This document shows positions 8,471 through 18,181 of a stretch of DNA of 64,000 bases, piece by piece. Position 1 is the stretch's first letter. The number at the start of each line of letters is the position of its first letter. This DNA comes from a virus. The stretch lies in the IMG/VR virus record IMGVR_UViG_3300037423_000600, positions 32,001-96,000 of that record. The stretch is one strand, 5' to 3'. The notes under the pieces are model-generated. The model was given only the letters and a program-made list of their open reading frames with translations, was not told the DNA's origin and ran no database searches. The position numbers and the translations under genes were made by a program.

Positions 8471-8667
8471 CTATTTCCACCCACCCACCTTCAAATTTTT
8501 GGAAATTCTACCCGTGCAAGTATATACTCATATGCGAAAAGGATATTCACGAAACCCTCGCTTCTGACACTTCCAGACCTTGTAAAACAATGGACGAGCT
8601 GGGGCGGAGGGGCTATAATTATAAGTGATATAACTCTTATATGAGGCGCAAGGGGAGGGCAACCACC

Positions 8668-10431
8668 ATGACTATAGAACTGGATGAATCAAAACGTAAG
8701 AAGCCCAAACGAGTATCTACCAAGCTCAAGCATAACAAAAGGGAACTGCGAGAGAAGCAGGGAACCACTCAAGATGAGGGAACTGCTTTAGACCAAAGGG
8801 AACGTGACTTAAATGAGATAGCTGACGAGAGGGCTAGGGAACTGGCGGAATCCGTAAAGGCCAAGACGACCTCTTTAGCCAAACGGGATGAACAGCTATC
8901 CGATTTGGTCGAGAAGATACTGTTGTACTGTGAAACCCAAGCGGACACGAAGTTACACGAATACCAAAAGGTATTTGCGCGGCGCGTCATCGAGTGTTTG
9001 GTGACGAATAGCGGGGATGAACTCACGGCCCTATTTTCTCGTCAGTCGGGTAAGACGGAGACGCTCGGGGTGGTGATTCCGGGGTGTATGGTATTACTGC
9101 CTCTGCTGGCGAAGATGATTCCGGATATGTACGAATTGAAGATGTATGCTAAAGGGTTCTGGGTGGGGATTTTTGCTCCTTCTAATGAGCAGGCGTATAC
9201 GGCGTTTACGCGGGTGCGGGAGAAAATACGGCACGGGAATGCGAAGGCGATTATGAATGACCCGGAGATTGATACGGATTTTGAGAATGAGAAAGGGAAC
9301 CCGATGCTGTTGACGAATGGGTCGTTGTGTCGGATGCAGTCGGCGGCGAAGCAATCCCAGATTGAGTCGAAGTCCTATCACATGGTACTGATTGACGAAT
9401 GTCAGGATGTCGATAATACGAAAATCAAGAAATCGATTCACCCGATGTTGGCGGCGTATAACGGACTCATTATTAAAATCGGGACCTCGAATACGAAGAA
9501 GTCGGACTTCTATGATGCGATACGGCGGAATATCCGGCAGGAGCAGAATTACGGGGCGAAGCAGAATCACTTCCAATATGACTATAAGACGGTGCAGAAA
9601 TACAATCCAAAATATAAGGCTTACATAGAGAAAGAGATTACGCGGCTTGGGTTTGATTCGGACGAATTTCGGATGGCGTATCGGCTCCACTTCATTCTGG
9701 ACCGGGGGATGTTTATTACGCAGGAGGATTTTGATGATATCCTAGTCTCTCCGGTGTTGAAGCACAAGACCGAGGAAATGTCGATGCCGTGTGCGGTCGG
9801 GATTGACGTAGCGAAGAGTGGGGACTCAACGGTGGTGACGGTTTTAGGGGTCGATTGGAGCAACAAGTATAAGAATGAGGAAACCGGGGAAGAAATCCCG
9901 ATGAAGTATGTGCTGAACTGGCTGGAGTTACAGGATGAGAAGCACGAGGCGCAGTTCTGGCAAATTGTGGATTTCCTTAAAAACTATAACGTCCATACGA
10001 TCTTCGTAGATTCGACGGGGATGGGGGACCCGGTGGCGGACCGTTTTGCGCATTACTATTCCGGTCAGTGTCACGTCGAAGGGTACCAGTTTACCCGGCC
10101 GTCGAAATCGACCATGTGGAAGTCGTTGAAACAGGAGATTGACGGGAACCGCCTAAAGGTGCCGGGCCATCCCCGGGCGCAACGGTTACGGCCCTTTATG
10201 AAATTCCGGTCGCAAATGCTCGACTTGGAGAAGGATTACGTGGGGCAATACATGGTCTGTCAGCATCCGGATGTCAAAGGGGCACACGATGACTATTGCG
10301 ACTCTTTAGGGCTGGCGAATTTGGCGGCGATGTCGAACTTTATGCCGGAAGTCGAGGAACATGACAGTCCATTTTATCCGCATAGCCGGACCTCGGTGGA
10401 GGAAAAACTGTTCGGGCGACGGAGGGCGTAG
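8668..10431 (+). CDS. terL: terminase large subunit
   Basis: Walker A SRQSGKT, Walker B VLIDE, nuclease motifs GIDVA, VDSTGMG and HDDYCDS. Confidence 0.93.
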   Translation: MTIELDESKRKKPKRVSTKLKHNKRELREKQGTTQDEGTALDQRERDLNEIADERARELAESVKAKTTSLAKRDEQLSDLVEKILLYCETQADTKLHEYQKVFARRVIECLVTNSGDELTALFSRQSGKTETLGVVIPGCMVLLPLLAKMIPDMYELKMYAKGFWVGIFAPSNEQAYTAFTRVREKIRHGNAKAIMNDPEIDTDFENEKGNPMLLTNGSLCRMQSAAKQSQIESKSYHMVLIDECQDVDNTKIKKSIHPMLAAYNGLIIKIGTSNTKKSDFYDAIRRNIRQEQNYGAKQNHFQYDYKTVQKYNPKYKAYIEKEITRLGFDSDEFRMAYRLHFILDRGMFITQEDFDDILVSPVLKHKTEEMSMPCAVGIDVAKSGDSTVVTVLGVDWSNKYKNEETGEEIPMKYVLNWLELQDEKHEAQFWQIVDFLKNYNVHTIFVDSTGMGDPVADRFAHYYSGQCHVEGYQFTRPSKSTMWKSLKQEIDGNRLKVPGHPRAQRLRPFMKFRSQMLDLEKDYVGQYMVCQHPDVKGAHDDYCDSLGLANLAAMSNFMPEVEEHDSPFYPHSRTSVEEKLFGRRRA

Positions 10432-10434
10432 GCT

Positions 10435-10620
10435 ATGGGAATCTGGATAGGGCGGGGATGTCCATTTACGAACTGCATCCATAATACCGGGAAGGATGAA
10501 GGGCTGGCTCCAAGTAAACGGAAGCGGTGCCGGAAGCGGAAACCTCGGATGTTAAATGAGGATGACGATAAGAAACGGTACTGTCTGGATGAAGTGGATT
10601 ACCGGGATTTTAATAAGTAG
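10435..10620 (+). CDS. small Cys-containing basic protein
   Basis: RBS GGAGGG, 61 aa. Confidence 0.5.
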   Translation: MGIWIGRGCPFTNCIHNTGKDEGLAPSKRKRCRKRKPRMLNEDDDKKRYCLDEVDYRDFNK

Positions 10621-10667
10621 GAATCACCCACCCTTAAACGTGGATATAATGGGAAGGAGGAAAGGGG

Positions 10668-10877
10668 ATGTATACGGTGGCTTATATGATTACAGGAATC
10701 GGCGCGTTTGGTATTACGCTTTTGGCTATCCTTCTCGGAATATTAAACTCGGGTACTGCGTTCCTTCTGGTATCGGCGGCGGGGCTTATATTCGGGCTCG
10801 GCGGGGCATTGGCGGCGGCCTCCGGTTCGGCTTTAGCCATATTTATTTTAGCAATTCTTATGGCTGTGTTCGTATAA
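10668..10877 (+). CDS. small membrane protein
   Basis: RBS AAGGAGG; almost entirely hydrophobic. Confidence 0.65.
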   Translation: MYTVAYMITGIGAFGITLLAILLGILNSGTAFLLVSAAGLIFGLGGALAAASGSALAIFILAILMAVFV

Positions 10878-10985
10878 GTTTGGTTGTGATTTCCATATCC
10901 TCATGTTATATTGTGGACAGGCACAGGTATTCTACTCCCAAGGGTGGATGACTTGTGTCTTTTTATGTATAAAGGAGGGGTTACT

Positions 10986-11240
10986 ATGCGAAATGCTACA
11001 TTAACCGTGAGCGGTACAGTTGTAGGGTTGACGGGGATTCCGGCCAACGTTTCTAAAGCGTTGATTTCTACGGAGTCCGCAGACATTCGGTATTGGGTGG
11101 ACGGTTCGGACCCGGATACAACACACGGCCATTTGATTTCCGCCGGGAGTGCGTTTGAACTGGAAACCAAAGGCGAGGTTCTTAATTTCCGGGCGATTGC
11201 GGTAAGTGGTTCGGCCACTCTGCAAGTCTCCTATGCGTAA
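10986..11240 (+). CDS. small beta-rich virion-associated protein (putative)
   Basis: RBS AAGGAGGGG; IRYWVDGSDP motif; coupled to SGNH gene. Confidence 0.6.
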   Translation: MRNATLTVSGTVVGLTGIPANVSKALISTESADIRYWVDGSDPDTTHGHLISAGSAFELETKGEVLNFRAIAVSGSATLQVSYA

Positions 11241-11252
11241 GGAGGGATTCGG

Positions 11253-11906
11253 ATGCGTATTCTTCGTTCGGGAGGCTCCGGCGGTACGGCTTCTAAACCT
11301 TTAGAGGGTGTGAAGATTTTCTTTTGTGGGGATAGCATCACGGCAGGGACCAATGCCACGAAACCTTATCATCAATGGGTAGCGGAAGAAACCGGGGCTA
11401 CGGTGAAGTTTAATGGCTCCGGCGGCTCCGGCTATTGGACAGGCGACCCTTTGTATAATCGTTATACGGAATTTGTGTGGCAACGAGATTCGGCGGACGC
11501 GGATATCATTATTCTTTTTATGGGTACGAATGATTGGAGGTACCCGGACCCATTTAATCTTGGGGCCCTTGGGGATACGACTGTATCTACCTTTTATGGG
11601 GCGGTGGATGATGCCTTTAGTAAATTGGTTGCGAAGTATCCTTTCAAAAAGGTTGGGGTAATTACGCCGCTCCCTAGTGTAAATGCGTGGAATAACGCCC
11701 ACGGAGAACTAAAGCAAATTTCTGATGCTCTAATAGATGTTTCCGGTAAGTATTCGTTCCCTTCCTTGGACCTTTACCGTTCATCCAATCTCCATGTGTC
11801 GGATACATCCTTTATATCTACCTATATGGAGGACGGTTTACACATTAATGATTTGGGACACAAATTAATTACCCCGCCGATTACATCATTCGTCCTATCT
11901 ATTTAA
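11253..11906 (+). CDS. SGNH/GDSL hydrolase (esterase)
   Basis: Blocks GDSIT, GTND and DGLHIND. Confidence 0.88.
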   Translation: MRILRSGGSGGTASKPLEGVKIFFCGDSITAGTNATKPYHQWVAEETGATVKFNGSGGSGYWTGDPLYNRYTEFVWQRDSADADIIILFMGTNDWRYPDPFNLGALGDTTVSTFYGAVDDAFSKLVAKYPFKKVGVITPLPSVNAWNNAHGELKQISDALIDVSGKYSFPSLDLYRSSNLHVSDTSFISTYMEDGLHINDLGHKLITPPITSFVLSI

Positions 11907-12103
11907 AAATACTAGGTAAAAGTATTGTATAAAAAGGAAGGACATGTTATTATGGTTATGAAGTACCTTTAACACTTATAACACATAATGCTCTCCTTCC
12001 TATACACAGATCATACGAGGCACATTGATAACGCATAGTCGCTATCAGTGTGCCTTTTTCTGTGTTCGGCGGGCATTAAATAAACTGAAAGGGCGTGTTC
12101 TCC

Positions 12104-12295
12104 ATGGCAGTTAACTCCACTAGCGGCGGTCGCTTGGGCGGCGGTGCTGGAAACAGCATCGGCAAACACTACACAAAGTCGGCTTCTGATGTACCGGGTG
12201 CTATGAAGTCGAACTTCTCCACAGGTCAAGGTATGGCAACCTCTCGCCAGCATCCGACCAACAAAAACCCTGATAACTCCAAGCACACTTCCTAA
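12104..12295 (+). CDS. hypothetical Gly/Ser-rich protein
   Basis: ORF in head operon. Confidence 0.5.
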   Translation: MAVNSTSGGRLGGGAGNSIGKHYTKSASDVPGAMKSNFSTGQGMATSRQHPTNKNPDNSKHTS

Positions 12296-12298
12296 TAA

Positions 12299-12583
12299 AT
12301 GGAAAACTTGGACGGTCAGGGTGGCTTCGTGGGTGGAGGGGTTCTCCCTCCTACTCCCGAAGATTACCGTAGAATGTGGGAACAGCAATCGAGGCAAATG
12401 AAACCGCAAGAATACGAGAGGGAGTCCGAAAAGAACAAGCGGGCGGCCCGGAGACAAGTCTTTCAGGAAGCTGTTCAACAGGCTGTAGCTGTCAAGGACT
12501 CGCGGTTGATTGATGTTTTCCACAATAATATCAATGTTTCCGAACCCAAGAAGGGCACAAAACGCGGAAAGAGAAAGGGGTAA
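12299..12583 (+). CDS. hypothetical protein
   Basis: ORF directly upstream of portal. Confidence 0.6.
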   Translation: MENLDGQGGFVGGGVLPPTPEDYRRMWEQQSRQMKPQEYERESEKNKRAARRQVFQEAVQQAVAVKDSRLIDVFHNNINVSEPKKGTKRGKRKG

Positions 12584-12589
12584 TGGCTT

Positions 12590-14110
12590 ATGGCAGACCC
12601 GTATGTATCAGGGCTGAATGTCACCGAGACTACGGCTGTTTCAGGAAACCCCTACTCTCTCCAAATGGGTATCTCGTCCGAAGAACTAAAGCGCGTCAAT
12701 CGGGAACTTCTTTACTGGAAGTTTTACAAGGGCATTCAATGGTCGTATAAACGGCCGGAGGGTGAACCGCAAAACACCATCAACTATTCCGCCCGCTTTG
12801 TGGACAAGGGTGTGGCTTTCCTTGCGGGGAAAGGCTTCACCATTAATGTTGAGAAAGGCGCGGAGGAAATTGTAAAGAAGCCTTTAGACGAAGTTTGGGA
12901 TGATAACCAGCGCGAATTGCTGTTCCTTGAAGCGGCTCAGGCCGGAGGGGTATCCGGAAATTCGTGGGTGAAGATTGTTGTCGAAGAGTACGATGAGGGT
13001 AAGCAACCTGTGATGGCAGACTTATACCCAAACGGACGAGTTCGGCTTTTACTTCTGCCCGGCCATGCATGTTTCCCAGAGTGGGACCCCCACGATAAGG
13101 ACCGTCTGGTAAAAATGAAAATCATCTATCCGATTGAGGTTAAGGACCTGAACGGCCGGATGGTGACGCATTGGTTCCGAGAAGAAATCGACGCGGATGA
13201 GATTGTTCAGTTCCTTGATGACGAAGAAGTGGAACGGCGGCCGAATGACCTTAAGGAAATCCCGGTAGTCCGAATCAAGAACTTGGTTCTGGCTAACGAG
13301 TCTTTAGGGAAATCGGACCTTCATGACATCCTTCCTTTGCAGAAGGAGTTTAATGAAAAAACGACTGACGTTTCGGACATCATCAACTACCATGCCGCAC
13401 CAATTACGCTGATTTTCGGCGCAAAGTCGAACAATCTGTCGAAAGGCGCGAATAAGGTATGGGGCGGGCTTCCTAAAGACGCGAAGGTCGAAAACTTGGA
13501 ACTGAAATCGGACTTGGCTTCTTCGATGAACTACATTGACCTGATTAAGAAGGCCCTGTTTGAAATCGGTAATATGCCACACGATGCTTTCGGTTCGGAG
13601 ACGAACGTTTCCAATACCTCCGGCGTGGCCCTTCATATTAAGAACCAACCCCTGATGGACATTACGAACATGAAACGTAAGACCTATGGGGAAGGGATTG
13701 AGCAGATTAACCGGATTATCATTCGGTACTTGTATCTGTATGGCCTCAACGGATTCGACAAGGCGAAATTCGATGCCTTAACTCCCCGGCAACGATGGGT
13801 GTACAGCACAGACTTCCCGAACCCGCTTCCGAAAGACGAGCTTATCCAGATGCAACTTATCGCTCAGAAGATTACTCTCCAACTCATGACTCGGATTGAT
13901 GCACTCAAGGAATTGGGTGAACATGATGCGGTTACGAAGCTGGACGAGATTAAGAAGGAATTTATCGAGTGGCAGGATATGATGTTCGCTACGGCGGCGA
14001 AGTACGAAACCAACTCGAATGGAAATTCCACGCTTAAGCCGAAGCCTGCGGGTAAAACCAACGTGGGCGGCATAGTCCCGAAGTTTGAACAGGCAAACGG
14101 AGGCGCGTAA
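12590..14110 (+). CDS. portal protein (SPP1 gp6-like)
   Basis: 506 aa after terL; INY..FVDK..AFLAG, GKSDL, SNTSGVAL, FPNPLPKD motifs. Confidence 0.9.
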   Translation: MADPYVSGLNVTETTAVSGNPYSLQMGISSEELKRVNRELLYWKFYKGIQWSYKRPEGEPQNTINYSARFVDKGVAFLAGKGFTINVEKGAEEIVKKPLDEVWDDNQRELLFLEAAQAGGVSGNSWVKIVVEEYDEGKQPVMADLYPNGRVRLLLLPGHACFPEWDPHDKDRLVKMKIIYPIEVKDLNGRMVTHWFREEIDADEIVQFLDDEEVERRPNDLKEIPVVRIKNLVLANESLGKSDLHDILPLQKEFNEKTTDVSDIINYHAAPITLIFGAKSNNLSKGANKVWGGLPKDAKVENLELKSDLASSMNYIDLIKKALFEIGNMPHDAFGSETNVSNTSGVALHIKNQPLMDITNMKRKTYGEGIEQINRIIIRYLYLYGLNGFDKAKFDALTPRQRWVYSTDFPNPLPKDELIQMQLIAQKITLQLMTRIDALKELGEHDAVTKLDEIKKEFIEWQDMMFATAAKYETNSNGNSTLKPKPAGKTNVGGIVPKFEQANGGA

Positions 14111-14111
14111 G

Positions 14112-14864
14112 ATGGACAACCCTATGGCCCATTACATCCGGCAAGTAGTCTCGGCTTACATGAAGCTTCTTTCACAGTACGGGGACAGGGCGATTTTACC
14201 GCTAAAGAATGTGGAGCGGGTGACGGCCTTTAATACAGGATTCCTCACCGTGCATTACACGAAGTTGGCTAAGGAATTGGGTGACAAAACCCGGTCGTTT
14301 ATCGTTGAGGCGGTGGATGAAGTCATTCAGGCAACCATCAACCACTACAACGAACTCCACCGGAAGGCGGGGTATGAGCCTTTAGACGGAAAAGCCAAGG
14401 ACAAGCTTTGGGGTAGAATCCGAAAAGATTTTCTCCTTGCAAAGTTCAAAAGGCGGACGCTGGATGCGCGGGTGGACAATGCAACTATCCGGTTAATGGC
14501 AAATATCCTTCCCATCATTCAAACCTACGCCACGGCCTCGACAGACCACGACAGGGCTATTGCTACCATGGTGGATTACTTCACAGGAACCCACCCCATC
14601 CCGGGCGGGACGGCGGCAAGGTGGAACGGAAGGCTCTTAACTTCCGAACTCTTTAGGGCCTACCAATTCACGGCCAAACAAGTGCTGATGGAGTTAAAAG
14701 TCCCTAAGGTGAAATGGGTAAATACAGACCGACACACAGAAGAAAACATTACTGATGAATACGCCGCAACTACATACACCCCCAGACAACTCCCGCGTTA
14801 CCCATACCCTTGCAATGATTCATTCTTTGTACCCATTTATAAGGAGGAACTGGACAATGCTTAA
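14112..14864 (+). CDS. putative minor head / head morphogenesis protein
   Basis: Position between portal and scaffold; C-terminal P.YPYPC motif. Confidence 0.55.
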   Translation: MDNPMAHYIRQVVSAYMKLLSQYGDRAILPLKNVERVTAFNTGFLTVHYTKLAKELGDKTRSFIVEAVDEVIQATINHYNELHRKAGYEPLDGKAKDKLWGRIRKDFLLAKFKRRTLDARVDNATIRLMANILPIIQTYATASTDHDRAIATMVDYFTGTHPIPGGTAARWNGRLLTSELFRAYQFTAKQVLMELKVPKVKWVNTDRHTEENITDEYAATTYTPRQLPRYPYPCNDSFFVPIYKEELDNA

Positions 14865-15684
14865 GTCTTTCGACACTTACAAACAACCATACAAAGCAAA
14901 ATACCCGTTGCCGCTTAACCTTCAATTATTTGCAGAGGAGACGGACCCTCCTCAGGACCCTCCTGCAGACCCGCCGCAGGACCCTCCGGCTCCGAACCCG
15001 GCTCCGGCCACCATTACGGTAGAGCAAGTCATCGCGTTTCTTGGAAACGCAAAAGCGGACCTCTTGTTCAAGATTCCGTCCGTTAAGTCTTTAGTGGAAC
15101 ATGCACGTTCCGAAGAGAAAGACAAGGTTTACAAGCAACTCAATGCTAAAGAGGATAAAATCAAAGACCTCGAAAAGCAACTTAAGGAAGCTCAAGACGC
15201 TCTCGATGCGAGGGCGAACGAGAATCTCGGTGAGCAAGACATCCTGCAACGTCAGGTAAAGGCTCTCCAAGACCAAGTAAAATTACTCACGGATTCAATC
15301 GAAGCGGAGCGGGCGGCGGCGGAGGCCGACAAGCGCAAGGCTACGTTTGAAGCATATAAGGAACGCAAACTCCGTGAACTGGCAGAAGCGAAAACGGAAT
15401 ACCTTCCTGACTTGCTTGGCGGCGAAACCGAAGAAGAATTTGACGCATCAGTACAAAAGGCCATTGTCCGGTATGCAGAACTGAAAGCGGCTATGCTGGC
15501 TAATCAACCTGCTCCGGCTCCTGCCAAACCACCTAAACCTAGCACACCTTCTGTGACTAACCCTCCGGGGTCCAGCACCAAGCAACTGACGGCGGCGGAA
15601 ATCCGTAATCTCCCTCCGGCGGAGTATGCAAAACATCGCGAACGCATTTTAGCGGAAGCGAGAACAGGTAATCTCGACAAATAA
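14857..15684 (+). CDS. capsid scaffolding protein
   Basis: Coiled-coil with Pro-rich ends; N-terminal LNLQLFA motif; precedes MCP. Confidence 0.85.
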   Translation: MLKSFDTYKQPYKAKYPLPLNLQLFAEETDPPQDPPADPPQDPPAPNPAPATITVEQVIAFLGNAKADLLFKIPSVKSLVEHARSEEKDKVYKQLNAKEDKIKDLEKQLKEAQDALDARANENLGEQDILQRQVKALQDQVKLLTDSIEAERAAAEADKRKATFEAYKERKLRELAEAKTEYLPDLLGGETEEEFDASVQKAIVRYAELKAAMLANQPAPAPAKPPKPSTPSVTNPPGSSTKQLTAAEIRNLPPAEYAKHRERILAEARTGNLDK

Positions 15685-15711
15685 TCTCACCGATAAAGGG
15701 AGGAATTAACG

Positions 15712-16596
15712 ATGGCTACTACAATGACATCTAACCTGACTCAGACTATCTTGGACGTATATTCCAAGGAGATTGAGTTCCATGCTCAACCCGTACTGCG
15801 TTTTGCTCAATTCGCGGTAACAAAAACGGACCTGAATGGTCAAGCGGGCCTTAAGGTCAAAATGACCATTTACAACAACCTGACAATGGGCGGTAAGCTG
15901 ACTGAGGGAACACCTATCAGCACTCAAGCCCTCAGCACAACTCAAAAGGAAATTGAGGTAACTGAATGGGGTAACGCAATCGCCGTTACTGAACTGTTAC
16001 TTCAAGCATCCTTTGACGATGTAATGGCTTCCGGTGCTAAACTGCTGGGTATCGACTACGCTAAGACTCTGGATACGGCCCTCCGCGATGTGGCTCTGAC
16101 TTGTACTCAAGTGGTTTACGCAGGTTCCCGCACCGCCCGTAACCAACTGGCGGCAGGCGACCTCATCACAGGTAAGGAAATCAAGGACGGTGTAGAAGTT
16201 CTGTCTACCAACAATGTGGGTAAGTACAACAACGACTACTACGTTACTTTCATCCACCCTCACCACGCTCGCGGTATCCGTGACGACAACGAGTTCCAAA
16301 ACGTAACGGCTTACGGCAAGCAGTACGCTGGTGAAATCGGCCGTATCCACGATGTAATCTTCATCGAGACTACACAAATGCCGATTCTGGATGGCGCGGG
16401 TGCTGGCGGAACTGTTGACGTATACCAAGCTCTGATGTTTGGCGAGAACGCCTACGGTTTGGCAATCGCCCTTCCGGTTGAAATGCGTGACGGCGGCATC
16501 GAGGACTTCGGCCGCGTACACAAGCTGGCGTGGTACTCCATCTTCGGAGTAGACATTCTCCAAGATGTGAACTTGGTTCGTATCGAAACTGCCTAA
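15712..16596 (+). CDS. major capsid protein (N4-gp56 family-like)
   Basis: LTEG, EWGNAI, FIHP, YAGEIG, D.FGR...AWY motifs; highly-expressed codon usage. Confidence 0.9.
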   Translation: MATTMTSNLTQTILDVYSKEIEFHAQPVLRFAQFAVTKTDLNGQAGLKVKMTIYNNLTMGGKLTEGTPISTQALSTTQKEIEVTEWGNAIAVTELLLQASFDDVMASGAKLLGIDYAKTLDTALRDVALTCTQVVYAGSRTARNQLAAGDLITGKEIKDGVEVLSTNNVGKYNNDYYVTFIHPHHARGIRDDNEFQNVTAYGKQYAGEIGRIHDVIFIETTQMPILDGAGAGGTVDVYQALMFGENAYGLAIALPVEMRDGGIEDFGRVHKLAWYSIFGVDILQDVNLVRIETA

Positions 16597-16642
16597 TATT
16601 GACTTCCTTTAGACCTACCTTGGACAAGCTTCTGAGGTAGGT

Positions 16643-16721
16643 CTACTTAAGACTCTTAAGGAGTTCCTACTTAAGAATCTAAAGGAACAAAATAAAGGGT
16701 TAAATAAAACTAAAACATTGT
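16643..16721. repeat. ~80 bp element, copy 1 (two TACTTAAGANWCTWAAGGA units plus A-rich tract)
   Basis: Closely similar to 45136-45215. Confidence 0.85.
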
Positions 16722-16785
16722 TGATGGCTTGTATCCAAACTACCCATTGCCAATGTTTCATCCTTCTAACGGGGAGTGATTAACC

Positions 16786-16965
16786 ATGATGAACAAATTC
16801 AAGGAGATTGTCGATAAGGTCGCGGCTCTCGTAAATAAGAAAGGCGTAGCAGGAAACATCGCTGTAGCGGCCGGAGCTACTCCAACCAAGGCGGAGTTTG
16901 ACGCGTTGGTGGCGGACTACAACAAATTGGTTGCCGCTCTGAAATCCAAAGACGCTAACGCGTAA
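16786..16965 (+). CDS. head fibre/decoration-like protein (59 aa, below ORF track cut-off)
   Basis: RBS GGGGAG; ATPTKAEFDALVADYNKLVAALK coiled motif. Confidence 0.65.
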   Translation: MMNKFKEIVDKVAALVNKKGVAGNIAVAAGATPTKAEFDALVADYNKLVAALKSKDANA

Positions 16966-17001
16966 TTCGGCTTTAGGCCAAAATTCTAGGAGGTATTCCC
17001 T

Positions 17002-17316
17002 ATGTCCGAACAAGATAAAGTAAACACGGAAAACACCCAAGAGCAGACTCAAACCCCTGATGCTTCGGCTCCGGCCCCGGCTCCCGAGGCTTCAACTCCG
17101 GAAGGCGGAAAAGCTAAAGGCAAAGCAAAAGAGGCGGCTGTAGCGGCTCCTCAAGAACCTATCGTTCTGGAAGATAAGTATGTTACGGTTAAGTCCAAAA
17201 TCACAGGCCGACGTTATATTGGTGCAGGGTGGCTGTCTCTTGAAAAAGACAAGGAACTCAAGGTCACCGTGGACCAAAAGCGTTGCTTGCTGGAGGCGGG
17301 CGCAATCTACCTGTAA
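17002..17316 (+). CDS. hypothetical virion protein
   Basis: RBS AGGAGG. Confidence 0.7.
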   Translation: MSEQDKVNTENTQEQTQTPDASAPAPAPEASTPEGGKAKGKAKEAAVAAPQEPIVLEDKYVTVKSKITGRRYIGAGWLSLEKDKELKVTVDQKRCLLEAGAIYL

Positions 17317-17330
17317 GGTGGTGAACCCCG

Positions 17331-17750
17331 ATGGCTACTCTCATTGATTTGAGAGGCCAATTAGCCGAGGACGTTCAGCCTTCCAATCCGGCGGCCAAGT
17401 TGTCTGATGGACAACTGGATAGGGCTATTAAGTACGCTTTAGCCAAGTATGATTCTTCTCTGGAGATTGAGGACTTGGATGAAGCACAGCAACTTGCGGT
17501 CCTGACCGGAGCGGCGGCCAAATGCTACTGGCTACTGGCTACGAAGTACGCCGAGGGGATGCAGGTCGAGATTGAGAACGATAAGTTCTTCAATGAGCAA
17601 CCCTTCGAGCATTATATCAAGCTGGCTAAAGAATTGGACGGGGCCTTTGCGGAATCGTGCGGTGGGGCGACGATTGAGGTATCTACCCTTCGTCGGCGGA
17701 GTTTACGGACGGGCCAAATCGTCCCATTACCTCCGGGTGAAACTCAATGA
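17331..17750 (+). CDS. head-tail adaptor (putative)
   Basis: Synteny after MCP; helical protein. Confidence 0.6.
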   Translation: MATLIDLRGQLAEDVQPSNPAAKLSDGQLDRAIKYALAKYDSSLEIEDLDEAQQLAVLTGAAAKCYWLLATKYAEGMQVEIENDKFFNEQPFEHYIKLAKELDGAFAESCGGATIEVSTLRRRSLRTGQIVPLPPGETQ

Positions 17751-18181
17751 TTCCTTTCAATAGGGTGATGATTGAAACCTCCATGGACCGAACCTACAAG
17801 GCCCTCCAATCTACGGTCGGTATTGCGAAGCTTTCCGCCTCTACGGGGCAGGGGAATCTCTACGGAGAAATCAAGTACCCGAAGTTTGACCCTCCTGTAG
17901 AGTTCAATGCCCATACAACCCTTAACCCTTCGGAGGAAAAGCTGTCCGAACTCGGATGGCAGAAAGATGATGTGGAACTGGTTATCCGGGTGCCGCACAT
18001 TATTCTTCGAGGCGTGGGGCTGGCGGAGGAAACCGGGGAACTGAACTTCAATTCAGACGCTCGGGTGGTGGTCGGCGGGCGGTCATATGAGATATGCAAG
18101 ATTCATATGAAGGAGCCCTTCCTGCTAAACATCCCGGCTTTAGTTTGGATAGGAGGGAGGAATCCCAATGGTCATGCTTAA
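17747..18181 (+). CDS. head closure protein (putative)
   Basis: Synteny; beta-rich. Confidence 0.55.
   Translation: MIPFNRVMIETSMDRTYKALQSTVGIAKLSASTGQGNLYGEIKYPKFDPPVEFNAHTTLNPSEEKLSELGWQKDDVELVIRVPHIILRGVGLAEETGELNFNSDARVVVGGRSYEICKIHMKEPFLLNIPALVWIGGRNPNGHA

Noticed and set aside
7428-8513. GG-only pattern as a by-product of A-richness or the KKVTP repeat
   Set aside because: G is not scarce (about 110 runs), the repeat covers under 50 nt, and the pattern recurs in an unrelated gene while skipping the genes in between
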